DNA from: an uncultured bacterium
Lineage (GTDB): Bacteria > Acidobacteriota > JAQAZP01
Length of the DNA stretch: 64,000 nt
NCBI GenBank assembly: GCA_965531145.1
Contig: CBESOE010000005.1
Location: 4,762-68,761 of the forward strand
Direction of reading: 5' to 3'
Shown here: piece by piece, positions 7,685 through 16,453 of the stretch
Layout: every line of letters starts with the position of its first letter
Numbering within the stretch: the stretch's first letter is position 1
Notes under the pieces: model-generated
What the model was told of the DNA's origin: nothing
Databases searched by the model: none
Seen by the model: only the letters and a program-made list of their open reading frames with translations
Program-made: the position numbers and the translations under genes

Positions 7685-10600
7685 TCAGGGAGCGGCCCCG
7701 GTCACCGTGCACTTGTCACTGTTGGTGCTGCCCGACGGGGCGTGGGGCGGCTGGTTGTATGGCGCGGGCGTCACATCCCGCGACATGAAGGTGAACAGGT
7801 TGTCACCGATAACATAGCCCAGAGCCGGCAGGGTCTGGTTCCACTGGGTAACCACGTTCTGCTGCGGCTGGATGACCTGGTACCCACGCCGCCAGTTGGC
7901 GATGTGCTTGCCGCTGGCCAGGTCCAGATCCACCTGGGTGGCCACTCGCCGGAAACTGTCACAGGTGTTGGTGATGGTGTAATTCATGTGGGTGATGAAG
8001 GGAACCGTACCGGCGGCAGGGATGCAGCTCACATCGTCGACAATGGTGGGGACGATGGACTTCTTGCCCCAGATCTCAATGTCATCGATGTTCCAGCCGC
8101 AATAGGTGTTGGCTCCATCGGTGGGGCCCATGGTCCAGCGGACTCTCACGTCGGACCGTCCGTCCGCCACCGCCGAGATGTCGATGTCCATCTGCACCCA
8201 GCTGCTGTCGACGATCTCCGTCTGGTTCTCCCACACCGTGACCCACGGGCCGCCGGCGGCACTTACGCGGACAGAGGCGTGGTCGTGGCTCGGGTCCTCC
8301 ACCCCCAGCCAGCGCCGGAACTTCAGCCGGGTATCGGTGCTGTCCGAACAGTCAAAGGACGTGCTGGTCAGATGCTCGGCGAGGAGGTTGTTGGCGTAGT
8401 CACCGGCGAGGTTGTAACCATAGGTGTTTGCCCCGGTCCAACCGCTGTCGGGATCGGGTCCACCGTTCTCCCCCCCGGCGCCCTGCGGCGGCCCCAGGGC
8501 CCAGCCGCCGTCGGCGGTCCAGCCCGGGTTCCAGCCGAGCAGCCACTGCTGCTGGCGAACCGGATCGCTGATCGGGGCGGTGATGTTGACAATGCTCTTG
8601 GTGGCGCCGGTCAACCCCGAGGGCGGGAAGGGGGGCTGGTTGAACGGTGCGGGGGTCACGTCGGTTACCAGGACATCGTAGCGGTTGACCCCGATGCAGC
8701 TCGCCTCCTCATAGTTGTAAACCTGGACGTGGGTCTTGGCCTCGTCCGGACTGATCTCCAGCGTCCCCTGCCAGTGTCCGGGCAACTCGGTGCCGTCGGC
8801 CAGGGTGACGTCCACGCTGTAAGCCAGTGTCCGGTCCACCGGGGCATAGCAGCCGGCGGTGAGCGAGCAGGTGATCGCCACCGGCGCCGTGCCGGAAGAG
8901 GGCGTGCAGCTGAGGTCCACCCAGGGCAGCGCCGGGATCGAATCAACACCGAACCCGGTGACCGAATCACCCTCGCCGCTGGGGAAATTGGCATAGAGCT
9001 GGTCGGTCCAGGACTGGGTGGAGGTGATCTCGGTCTCCATGGCGATGCGCTCGCCACCGAGCTTCCAGTTGGTGTAATTGGAGTAGTCGATGCCGTCATA
9101 GGTGACGGTCCATTCCAGCCAGTCGTTGGACGGGTGGCTCACCCCGCCGGTACCGGTGGCGTAGACCGGGAAATCATCCCATCCGGTACGCCCCGGCCAC
9201 CACTTGATGATATCGGTCTCGGTCTGGTCAAAGGTGCCGCTCCAGGAATGCGGCTCACCGAGAGTGCCGTCCGCCTCTTTTCTTCGGACCGAGATCTCCC
9301 AGCTCTTGCCGGCCGCACCGGAGAGGTAGAGAATGCCCGGCTCGTTGGCCACACCCAGGGCGCCGCCACCGAACACATTCCCGCCCAGACGGTAGGGCAA
9401 GGTCAGGCTGAAGGGCAGTTCGCCCAGGTTTATGGGCACGATGTTCGTGCCATGGTAGGTCAGGTCGGTATCGAGGAAGTAGTTGCGCCCGTTCTCGTAC
9501 AGCCCGTGTTCCCAGTTTGGCGGACGGTAGTCGCTGGCCACAAAGTTGTCATCGTTCAGCACGTAATCGACAAAATCCTTGAACACGGCACTGGTGACTT
9601 CCTTCACCCCGGAAGCGTGCCCGCCCTGGAGGCTGATAAAGGTGGTGTGCTCGAGGCCGTTGTCGCTGAGCCAGTTATCCATATCGATGAAGTGGTTCAA
9701 CGGGAAGAAGCAGTCGTGAGAGCTGTAGGAGATGAAGACGTACTTGCCCTGCAGGGTCTGCAGATTGGCCGAATGGTCGGGGCTCATCTGGTTGGCCTTC
9801 TGGGCCATAGGTGTACCGTCGGTGATCGGGCCAAAGGCGGGAACCAGCAGGTCGGGGTTCATGCCGCCCGGGGGCACGTGATCGTAACGGAAAGCGCCGG
9901 GGCCCAGGTTGATGTTGTAGGTGCTGGCAAAAGCCGGATGGGTAGCCACCGGCACCTCGCTCAACTTGCCCAGAGCCAGGGGGGAGATCTTGGCGAACAG
10001 GCCGATCACCGTGTAGTCGTATGTCTGGTGGACCATGTTCTGGGCCAGGGTCAATGCGCTGAACCCGGCACGGGACCCGCCAAAGGCGATGATGCGGTCC
10101 TTGTCGCAGCCGTAGGTGTTGTGCAACAGCTGGATCATCAGGTTCATCGCCTCGCGCGCCTCGTCGTTCACCCCCATGGAGTGATACCCGCCGTTGTTCC
10201 AGCGAACGTAAACGATGCCACGGTTGTCCTCATCGAAGAGATAGGCGTTCTTGACCCCGGTGAGGTTGAAGGGCAGTTCGTTGAAGACCCCGTCATTGAG
10301 CCCCTTGGCCCCGTAACCGGCACCATTCATCACCACCGGGTAGCGATTGGCCGCATCGATGGAGAAGTAGGGCGGGAAGGTGATGGTGAACATCGATTTT
10401 GTCGGCAGGTGCTCCGAACCCTCGAGCATCACGTGGTTGGCCACGATCTGGATCCGGTTGATGCCCATCTGCAGATCCTCGATCCGGTTGAGCACGTCCA
10501 CACCGTCGATCTCCGGCTGGCAATACTCCTCCCATGACGCGAGGATATCCTGCAGGGTGCTGTTCAGCACGCCCACGTCATCGGTGTACATCCAGTCGTA

Positions 10601-10813
10601 GTCGTTGTACGACGGAATGTAGTCCACCCGGCCCGGGTCGGGATCGACCCCGTATCCGGGATTGAAGTACCCGGCCCCGGTCTCGGGGTCGGAGATGGTC
10701 CAGTTGGTATTGACCACGAATGGATCATCGGGATTGTCGGCACTGGCGGTGAAGGTGCATACCGCAAGGGTGAGCAGAATGAAACCGGCCACAGCCAATC
10801 TTCGCATCGTCAT
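7685..10813 (-). CDS. large secreted multidomain protein: alpha/beta-hydrolase-like head, 2x DVTPAP domain, MAM/LamG-like beta-sandwich
   Basis: 1042 aa. Signal peptide MTMRRLAVAGFILLTLAVCTFTASA. The N-terminal region has a G-x-S-x-G elbow (AFGGSRAGFS) and later SHD / GGH. An internal DVTPAP domain is encoded at about 8575-8920. It is followed by a beta-sandwich-like block (RWLGVEDPSHDHASVRVS...YCGWNIDDIEIWG). A C-terminal DVTPAP domain is encoded at about 7688-8030. Confidence 0.85.
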   Translation of the reverse strand: MTMRRLAVAGFILLTLAVCTFTASADNPDDPFVVNTNWTISDPETGAGYFNPGYGVDPDPGRVDYIPSYNDYDWMYTDDVGVLNSTLQDILASWEEYCQPEIDGVDVLNRIEDLQMGINRIQIVANHVMLEGSEHLPTKSMFTITFPPYFSIDAANRYPVVMNGAGYGAKGLNDGVFNELPFNLTGVKNAYLFDEDNRGIVYVRWNNGGYHSMGVNDEAREAMNLMIQLLHNTYGCDKDRIIAFGGSRAGFSALTLAQNMVHQTYDYTVIGLFAKISPLALGKLSEVPVATHPAFASTYNINLGPGAFRYDHVPPGGMNPDLLVPAFGPITDGTPMAQKANQMSPDHSANLQTLQGKYVFISYSSHDCFFPLNHFIDMDNWLSDNGLEHTTFISLQGGHASGVKEVTSAVFKDFVDYVLNDDNFVASDYRPPNWEHGLYENGRNYFLDTDLTYHGTNIVPINLGELPFSLTLPYRLGGNVFGGGALGVANEPGILYLSGAAGKSWEISVRRKEADGTLGEPHSWSGTFDQTETDIIKWWPGRTGWDDFPVYATGTGGVSHPSNDWLEWTVTYDGIDYSNYTNWKLGGERIAMETEITSTQSWTDQLYANFPSGEGDSVTGFGVDSIPALPWVDLSCTPSSGTAPVAITCSLTAGCYAPVDRTLAYSVDVTLADGTELPGHWQGTLEISPDEAKTHVQVYNYEEASCIGVNRYDVLVTDVTPAPFNQPPFPPSGLTGATKSIVNITAPISDPVRQQQWLLGWNPGWTADGGWALGPPQGAGGENGGPDPDSGWTGANTYGYNLAGDYANNLLAEHLTSTSFDCSDSTDTRLKFRRWLGVEDPSHDHASVRVSAAGGPWVTVWENQTEIVDSSWVQMDIDISAVADGRSDVRVRWTMGPTDGANTYCGWNIDDIEIWGKKSIVPTIVDDVSCIPAAGTVPFITHMNYTITNTCDSFRRVATQVDLDLASGKHIANWRRGYQVIQPQQNVVTQWNQTLPALGYVIGDNLFTFMSRDVTPAPYNQPPHAPSGSTNSDKCTVTGAAP

Positions 10814-11888
10814 CCCCCTTCATTCTTTGCCCCGTGGAACGGCGAAGACACTCCGCCGGTTCACGGGAACTGACCTTTAAAAATGGTTCACCGCTCGTCA
10901 AGAAGAGATCCGTACTTCCCGGAAAAAGAAATCGGGGCAACCGTACACGGGCGGGAACCCTGCCCGGCCTGAAGATCACCCCACACTGCTGTAAAACTGA
11001 AACCTACCCGAGGAAAAGCTCTATGGGAGAAAATATAATCGCTGATGATCAAAATGTCAAACTGGGGAAACCGTCTTTTCGCACTGTTTTCCAGCGCCGA
11101 ACATCCGAAAACAGACAGGGACAGTATCGGTAAACATCATTGTCACCAAATGAAAATAAATGTGGCCCGCAGCCTCGAAACTGCGTATACATCATCAGTG
11201 GCGAAACCACGCCACAATACTCATCCAATAAAATACGGAATCCGTTTCTGACCCGGAGGAATGTGCAATCGAACTGTCGGCAGTTGAACCCGTCCACGGC
11301 AAAAGCCACAAGACATACAATTGCAACGATTTATGGAGGTAACAATGAAAAAGGAGTACCACGGATTGTCCCGAACACGTTGCCCAGGATTCGATTCAAC
11401 CAGCTCATGAGGCAGACTGACCGGATACCCCTCCCCCTTCTGACTGACCTGCCTCAGCCTCGGGACTGAAACGAGCAGACCCGGCAGCACAGTACGACTC
11501 ATGCAAAGAGTCCGTTCACAATTTTTTGAAATCTTCAGTTAAGAATCGTGTCACTCGGCGAACAGTATTGCTGTACACCCGGTGGTTCTTTTTCTGCAGG
11601 TTTTCCGGCCCGATTTCGCAACTACAAATGAAGGGACCCGGTCAGACCAGACCTCAGGCCGGGATAGCGTATGTCATCGACTCCAGGGAGAGGTGACGGA
11701 CCGAGGTGGACGCCAACCGGGCGTCCAGGACAATCAACAGGATCGATATTCAGAAAGGGGGATGATGCCATGCCAGCTACGCAATGGCAGGGGATGGACG
11801 GGAAACACTTCGTGTTCGACCATTCAAGTTCGAGGGACCCGCATCCTCTGTGAACGTGTGTCGACAGACAACATCCGGAGGAAAAGAG

Positions 11889-13784
11889 ATGAGTCGAAAA
11901 ATGCTGATCGCCTTCGCGGCACTGGCGTTTCTCTTCAGTGCCAGCGCAGTGGCGGAAACAGTCGTGCCGGGCGGGGACGTTTTCGGCACCTGGGATGAGT
12001 TCGGTTCACCATATCTGATCAAGGAGGAGATAACCGTGCCGGCGGGTCAGACCCTGACCATCGAACCCGGAGTGGTGGTGGACGTTCGCGGGCACTTCAA
12101 GATGATCGTACACGGCTGTCTGGAGGCCGTGGGAACAGAGAGGCAAAGGATTCTTTTCACAGCGGCGAACAGCACTGAGGGCTGGCACGGCATCCGCTTC
12201 ATCGACGCCCCGGAGGCCGGTTGCCTCGAGTGGTGCATCATCGAACACGGGCGAGCAAAGGGAACCGATATCAATGATCCGGAAGGTTGGGGCGGAGGTA
12301 TCTTCTGCAGCGGCTCCAGCCCGGCCATCACCGACTGCATTATTCGGAAGTGCTCCGCCATCGGGTCAGGCGGCGGAATCTTCTGCCATCAATCCAAATC
12401 GGAGATCACGCGCTGCAATTTCACCGGAAACTATGCCTCGATCCTGGGTGGTGGTGTGGCTGTCTACCTGTCCGACGTTGCGATTCGGCAAAGCGGCATC
12501 ACCAACAACAGCAGCGATATGTGGGGGGGAGCGATCTACACCCAGGATTCTGACACCGAGATCGAAGACTGCGCCATTCTCCGGAATCAGGCCGACCAGT
12601 TGGGAGGAGGGATCAACGCCAACAACTGGCCCAAATACCAGGAGAAACTGCTGACCGTACGGGGCTGCACGATCACCGGAAACAGTTCGGGGATGTGGGG
12701 CGGCGGGATCTCCGGTGACACTCTCACTATGGTCATCGAGGACAACGTTATCTCGGGGAACCGGGCTCCGGGCAGGTATGGCGGTGGAATATACGTCAAC
12801 AACAGCGCCGGAACCATTGAAAACAACATCATCTCGGGGAACACAGCGCTTGCCGGCGGGGGCATCAGCATGGCCACCAACTGCTCCGTCGATCTGATCA
12901 ACAACCGCATAACCGGTAACTCGGCTACGGAAGATGGCGGGGGTATCCGGTGTACCATCGGAAGCACCATACTGCTCAGAAACATGACCATTGCCGACAA
13001 CGTCGCGGCAAGGGGGGGAGGGATCTTCGCTCGCAACAGATGCACTGTGCGTTCGATAAACACGATTCTCTGGGGCAACAAGTCACACACCGGAGAGGCG
13101 GTCTGGATCGGCGGCTCCATTGGAACGCCTTCCACCCTGAGCATCAGCCACTGCGATGTGCAACCGGGTGACTCTTCGCTCTACGTGGCCCTGGGCAGTG
13201 CGCTGGAGTGGGGCGACGGCATGGTCGCCAAGGATCCAATGTTCATCGACCCGGCCAACGGCGATTACAACCTCTGCCAGGACCCCTGCCAGCCGGGGGT
13301 CAAGAACCCCTGTGTCAACACCGGTCACCCGCTCAGCCCGGTGATCCCGGGGTCCACCCGCAGTGATTGCTGCTGTGACGTGGGGCTGGTGGACATGGGC
13401 TACCACTCCCCGGTCCCGAACTCGGTGGCCACCAATATCTGGATCGAGCCCGATTCGGGAGTTCTGCCCTTCACCACCCGGGTCAGCGCCACCATGCGCA
13501 ATGCACTGGGGGTCCAGCGCACCGTTGTCGGCCAGATCGCGATGACCCTGGCCAACGGCGTGTGCTATCACAACCTGCGCCCCGGCGTGGTCGACCTGGG
13601 CCCCCACGAGAGCCACGTGCTCAACTGGAACCAGGACCTGCCGGCCCAGGAGAGATACCTGGGGATCAACACCTTCGAGCTCTCTGCCGTGGACGTCACC
13701 CCGGCGCCGTTCAACCAGTCACCCTATCCCATGTCCGGCGACACAGATAAGGACACGGCCACAGTTACCGGCACAAGCCAGTAG
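11889..13784 (+). CDS. secreted right-handed parallel beta-helix (PbH1) repeat protein with C-terminal DVTPAP domain
   Basis: ORF 11784..13784, with the start moved to ATG 11889 (GGAGGAAAAGAG upstream). Signal peptide MSRKMLIAFAALAFLFSASAVA. About 10 coils carry (W/L/Y)GGG(I/V) at ~23-25-aa spacing (WGGGIFCSG, SGGGIFCHQ, YGGGIYVNN...). C-terminal domain ...DVTPAPFNQSPYPMSGDTDKDTATVTGTSQ. Confidence 0.88.
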   Translation: MSRKMLIAFAALAFLFSASAVAETVVPGGDVFGTWDEFGSPYLIKEEITVPAGQTLTIEPGVVVDVRGHFKMIVHGCLEAVGTERQRILFTAANSTEGWHGIRFIDAPEAGCLEWCIIEHGRAKGTDINDPEGWGGGIFCSGSSPAITDCIIRKCSAIGSGGGIFCHQSKSEITRCNFTGNYASILGGGVAVYLSDVAIRQSGITNNSSDMWGGAIYTQDSDTEIEDCAILRNQADQLGGGINANNWPKYQEKLLTVRGCTITGNSSGMWGGGISGDTLTMVIEDNVISGNRAPGRYGGGIYVNNSAGTIENNIISGNTALAGGGISMATNCSVDLINNRITGNSATEDGGGIRCTIGSTILLRNMTIADNVAARGGGIFARNRCTVRSINTILWGNKSHTGEAVWIGGSIGTPSTLSISHCDVQPGDSSLYVALGSALEWGDGMVAKDPMFIDPANGDYNLCQDPCQPGVKNPCVNTGHPLSPVIPGSTRSDCCCDVGLVDMGYHSPVPNSVATNIWIEPDSGVLPFTTRVSATMRNALGVQRTVVGQIAMTLANGVCYHNLRPGVVDLGPHESHVLNWNQDLPAQERYLGINTFELSAVDVTPAPFNQSPYPMSGDTDKDTATVTGTSQ

Positions 13785-13795
13785 GATGAGCGGTA

Positions 13796-13828
13796 CCCGC
13801 AGGGGGCGTATTAGCTCCCCCTGCGGGG
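13796..13828. terminator. bidirectional hairpin between convergent genes
   Basis: 11-bp stem cccgcaggggg / ccccctgcggg with a 10-nt loop, between stop 13784 (+) and stop 13881 (-). No strong T-tract follows. Confidence 0.5.
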
Positions 13829-13880
13829 TAATTTCTCTATGGAATCGTTGGAAAAGGTACCGCCCCAGCATCACGGTCCA

Positions 13881-14678
13881 TCAATTGTTCCGTCGCAGCC
13901 AGCGCCAGGAACCACCGATACCGGTGAAGAACTCGCTGCCCTCACCGGTGACCTGGTAGCCGGCACGCCAATCCAATTGGAAGTTGTCGGTGGTGAGCCA
14001 GGTGAGACCACCGTTCACATATCCCGGATCATTGCTCCCGGCTTCGGTATAAACAAACTGATAGTACTCGATGTAACAGCCGACACTGTCGGTGAGGCCA
14101 TATCCCAGAGCGAGGCTGCCCGATAGTTCACCAATGCCCTCGCCTTGCTGACTGATCCAGGCGTAACCGATATTGGTTGAAAGGCCCGCTCTGCCGTTGA
14201 GATCCCAGGCCAGGGCCAGCCTCGCTCCGGGTTCCAGGTGCTTCTCGCCGATCTGGTCACTGCCCGTGGGAATGCCGGTGCCCACCAGCAGAGCCATGCC
14301 CGGCCGCGGGCTGCCCGGCTCGTCCGGGGCCTCCAACAGCATGAATTTGGCTCCGAGAAATACGTTTTCCAATCCGTCATTGCTTTGACCCGGATCGTCC
14401 TGCCAGGCCCAGGAGTTGAGTCCCAGCCGCAGCTCGGCACGACCGCCGAGGGCAGCCCGGAGCAGCAACTCACCCAGAGAATGGCTCTCCACATCGCCAT
14501 CCTTGCCATAGGTATAGCCGAACTCCAATTGAATCCCCCCCCGGGGAACCGTCTCGGCGCTCTCGGTAAAATCGGGCCGGTCGGTGACCAGCGGCGGCAC
14601 TTCATCCGCTCCGGCACAGGGGGCGAACAGCACACAAAAAACCAGGGCCAGCAAACGGATGGTCGACGGGTTCATCAT
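13881..14678 (-). CDS. outer-membrane barrel, MetA-pathway/phenol-degradation-like (transporter) family
   Basis: ORF 13881..14729, with the start moved to ATG 14678 (TGGAGAA upstream). Signal peptide MMNPSTIRLLALVFCVLFAPCAGA, then TDRPDFTESAETVPRGGIQLEFGYTY, the family-typical block. Confidence 0.82.
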   Translation of the reverse strand: MMNPSTIRLLALVFCVLFAPCAGADEVPPLVTDRPDFTESAETVPRGGIQLEFGYTYGKDGDVESHSLGELLLRAALGGRAELRLGLNSWAWQDDPGQSNDGLENVFLGAKFMLLEAPDEPGSPRPGMALLVGTGIPTGSDQIGEKHLEPGARLALAWDLNGRAGLSTNIGYAWISQQGEGIGELSGSLALGYGLTDSVGCYIEYYQFVYTEAGSNDPGYVNGGLTWLTTDNFQLDWRAGYQVTGEGSEFFTGIGGSWRWLRRNN

Positions 14679-14913
14679 ATTCTCCAGGGACAAGAACCGA
14701 TTCAAGGGAGCCCGGCACTTTTGGATCACCGGAACGATCTTCCAAGGGTGTATCGAAAATCGCCACCCCTGTCAATTGTTCGGGCAGAGGCCCATTTGCC
14801 AAACCCAGTTCCAGACTATATTATTTCTATCACTTCCGTGGCGGATTGCTCCGGCGGCCCCCACAACCCCGACGCCGGAACCAGGTGCAAACGAATAGCG
14901 AAAGGACCCTCCG

Positions 14914-16440
14914 ATGCTGCTTCATCACCGTTTCGTGTATTCAGCAAAGAAGCAGGGGAAAAATCCCGCTTTCATCGACCGGTCGGCGGGCAAGACCATC
15001 TCCTGGTCCCGGGCCCTGCTCGCATCCCTGATCCTGGCCAAAAAGTTTCGCCGCTACAGCGAAGGGTTCATCGGCATCATGGTCCCCACCTCGGCCGGCT
15101 GCGGGCTGGCGATCCTCGGTGCGCTGATAAGCGGACGCACACCGGTGATGATCAACTATTCCACCGGCGCCGAGGCCAACGCCAGATTCGCCCAGCGGAA
15201 GTGCGGGTTCCGCACCATCATCACCTCGAAAAAGCTGCTGGAAAAGATCAACTGCCCCCACATCAAGGGAATGATCTACCTCGAAGAAATCATGGACAGC
15301 CTGACCTCCTGGGACAAGGTGCGTGCGGCACTGATCTCAAAGCTGCCCGCGGGCCTGATCACCCGCCGGTTTACCGCAAAGGGTGAGCCGGATGACAACC
15401 TCGTGATCCTCTTCACCAGCGGCAGTGAAAAGGAACCCAAGGCGGTGCAGTTGACCCATCGCAATATCTCGTTCGACATCGAGAGCTTTTGCAAGGTGTT
15501 CCAGATCTCGGAAGGTGACAGGATGATGGCCAACCTGCCCCTCTTTCATGTATTCGGGCTGACGGTCAACTTCTGGACCCCGATCTACCACGGGATAACC
15601 ATGGTCACCTACGCCAATCCCACCGAATACCAGACCGTGGCCCAGATCATCCGTGACGACAAGCCCACCATCCTGGTCAGCACGCCGAGTTTCTTCCAGG
15701 GGTATCTCCGCCGGTCCAAAACCGGTGACTTCGAATCGCTGCGGGTGGTGGTCAGCGGCGCCGACAAATGCCCCGACGCCCTGCGCCAGGGGTATCTGAA
15801 CAAGCACGGGGTCACCCTTTTCGAGGGGTACGGGGCCACCGAAACATCCCCGGTGATCTCCGTCAACTACCCCGGTTTCAACCGGCCGGGCAGCGTGGGC
15901 CGGCCCCTGCCCAACGTGGCCGTCTTTATCGAGAACTACGAGACCGGCGAGAAGTGCGCCCCGGGAGAAGTGGGCCGGATCATGGTCCGCGGCGAGCTGG
16001 TGATGAAGGGCTACTTCGACGATCTCGAGGAAACCGCCATGCGTATCCGCCACGGATGGTATGACACCGGCGACATGGGCTACATCGACGAGGGCGGGTT
16101 TCTCTGGCACTCGGGCCGGCTGAAGCGTTTTGTCAAGATCGGCGGCGAGATGGTCTCCCTGGTCCAGGTAGAGGACCGCATCGAGAAGCTGCTACCCGAC
16201 GACGTGGACTGCTGCGTGGTGGAAATCCCCGACGTGAAGAAGGGGGCGAAGATTATCGCCGTGGTCACCAAGGAAGTGGACGAAAAGGACCTTCGCGCCA
16301 GACTGTCCGAGGAACTGCCCAACATCGCCCTGCCCAGCCAGTACGTGGTGATGGAGAAGATGCCCGAGATGGGCAGCGGCAAGATCGATTTCCGCTCGGT
16401 GACCAACCAGGTCCATGACCAGTTGCTCGACGAAATGTGA
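14914..16440 (+). CDS. AMP-dependent synthetase/ligase (acyl-CoA/acyl-ACP synthetase, Aas-like)
   Basis: 508 aa. AMP-binding motifs LFTSGSEKEPKAVQLTHRNI, GYGATETSP, WYDTGDMG and SGKIDFRS. Confidence 0.9.
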   Translation: MLLHHRFVYSAKKQGKNPAFIDRSAGKTISWSRALLASLILAKKFRRYSEGFIGIMVPTSAGCGLAILGALISGRTPVMINYSTGAEANARFAQRKCGFRTIITSKKLLEKINCPHIKGMIYLEEIMDSLTSWDKVRAALISKLPAGLITRRFTAKGEPDDNLVILFTSGSEKEPKAVQLTHRNISFDIESFCKVFQISEGDRMMANLPLFHVFGLTVNFWTPIYHGITMVTYANPTEYQTVAQIIRDDKPTILVSTPSFFQGYLRRSKTGDFESLRVVVSGADKCPDALRQGYLNKHGVTLFEGYGATETSPVISVNYPGFNRPGSVGRPLPNVAVFIENYETGEKCAPGEVGRIMVRGELVMKGYFDDLEETAMRIRHGWYDTGDMGYIDEGGFLWHSGRLKRFVKIGGEMVSLVQVEDRIEKLLPDDVDCCVVEIPDVKKGAKIIAVVTKEVDEKDLRARLSEELPNIALPSQYVVMEKMPEMGSGKIDFRSVTNQVHDQLLDEM

Positions 16441-16453
16441 GCGGATCACCTGT

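Noticed and set aside
7592-10537. 981-aa ORF on the plus strand
   Set aside because: It lies entirely antisense to the motif-rich 1042-aa gene. Its composition (Gly/Val/Ala/Arg/His runs) is typical of high-GC shadow ORFs, and it has no signal, RBS or motifs.
10834-11502. Small ORFs (99, 68, 109, 86 and 93 aa) inside the AT-richer intergenic region
   Set aside because: They have no RBS, odd composition (Arg/Asn/Cys/Thr-rich) and mutually overlapping frames. The region is treated as non-coding and reported as a finding instead.
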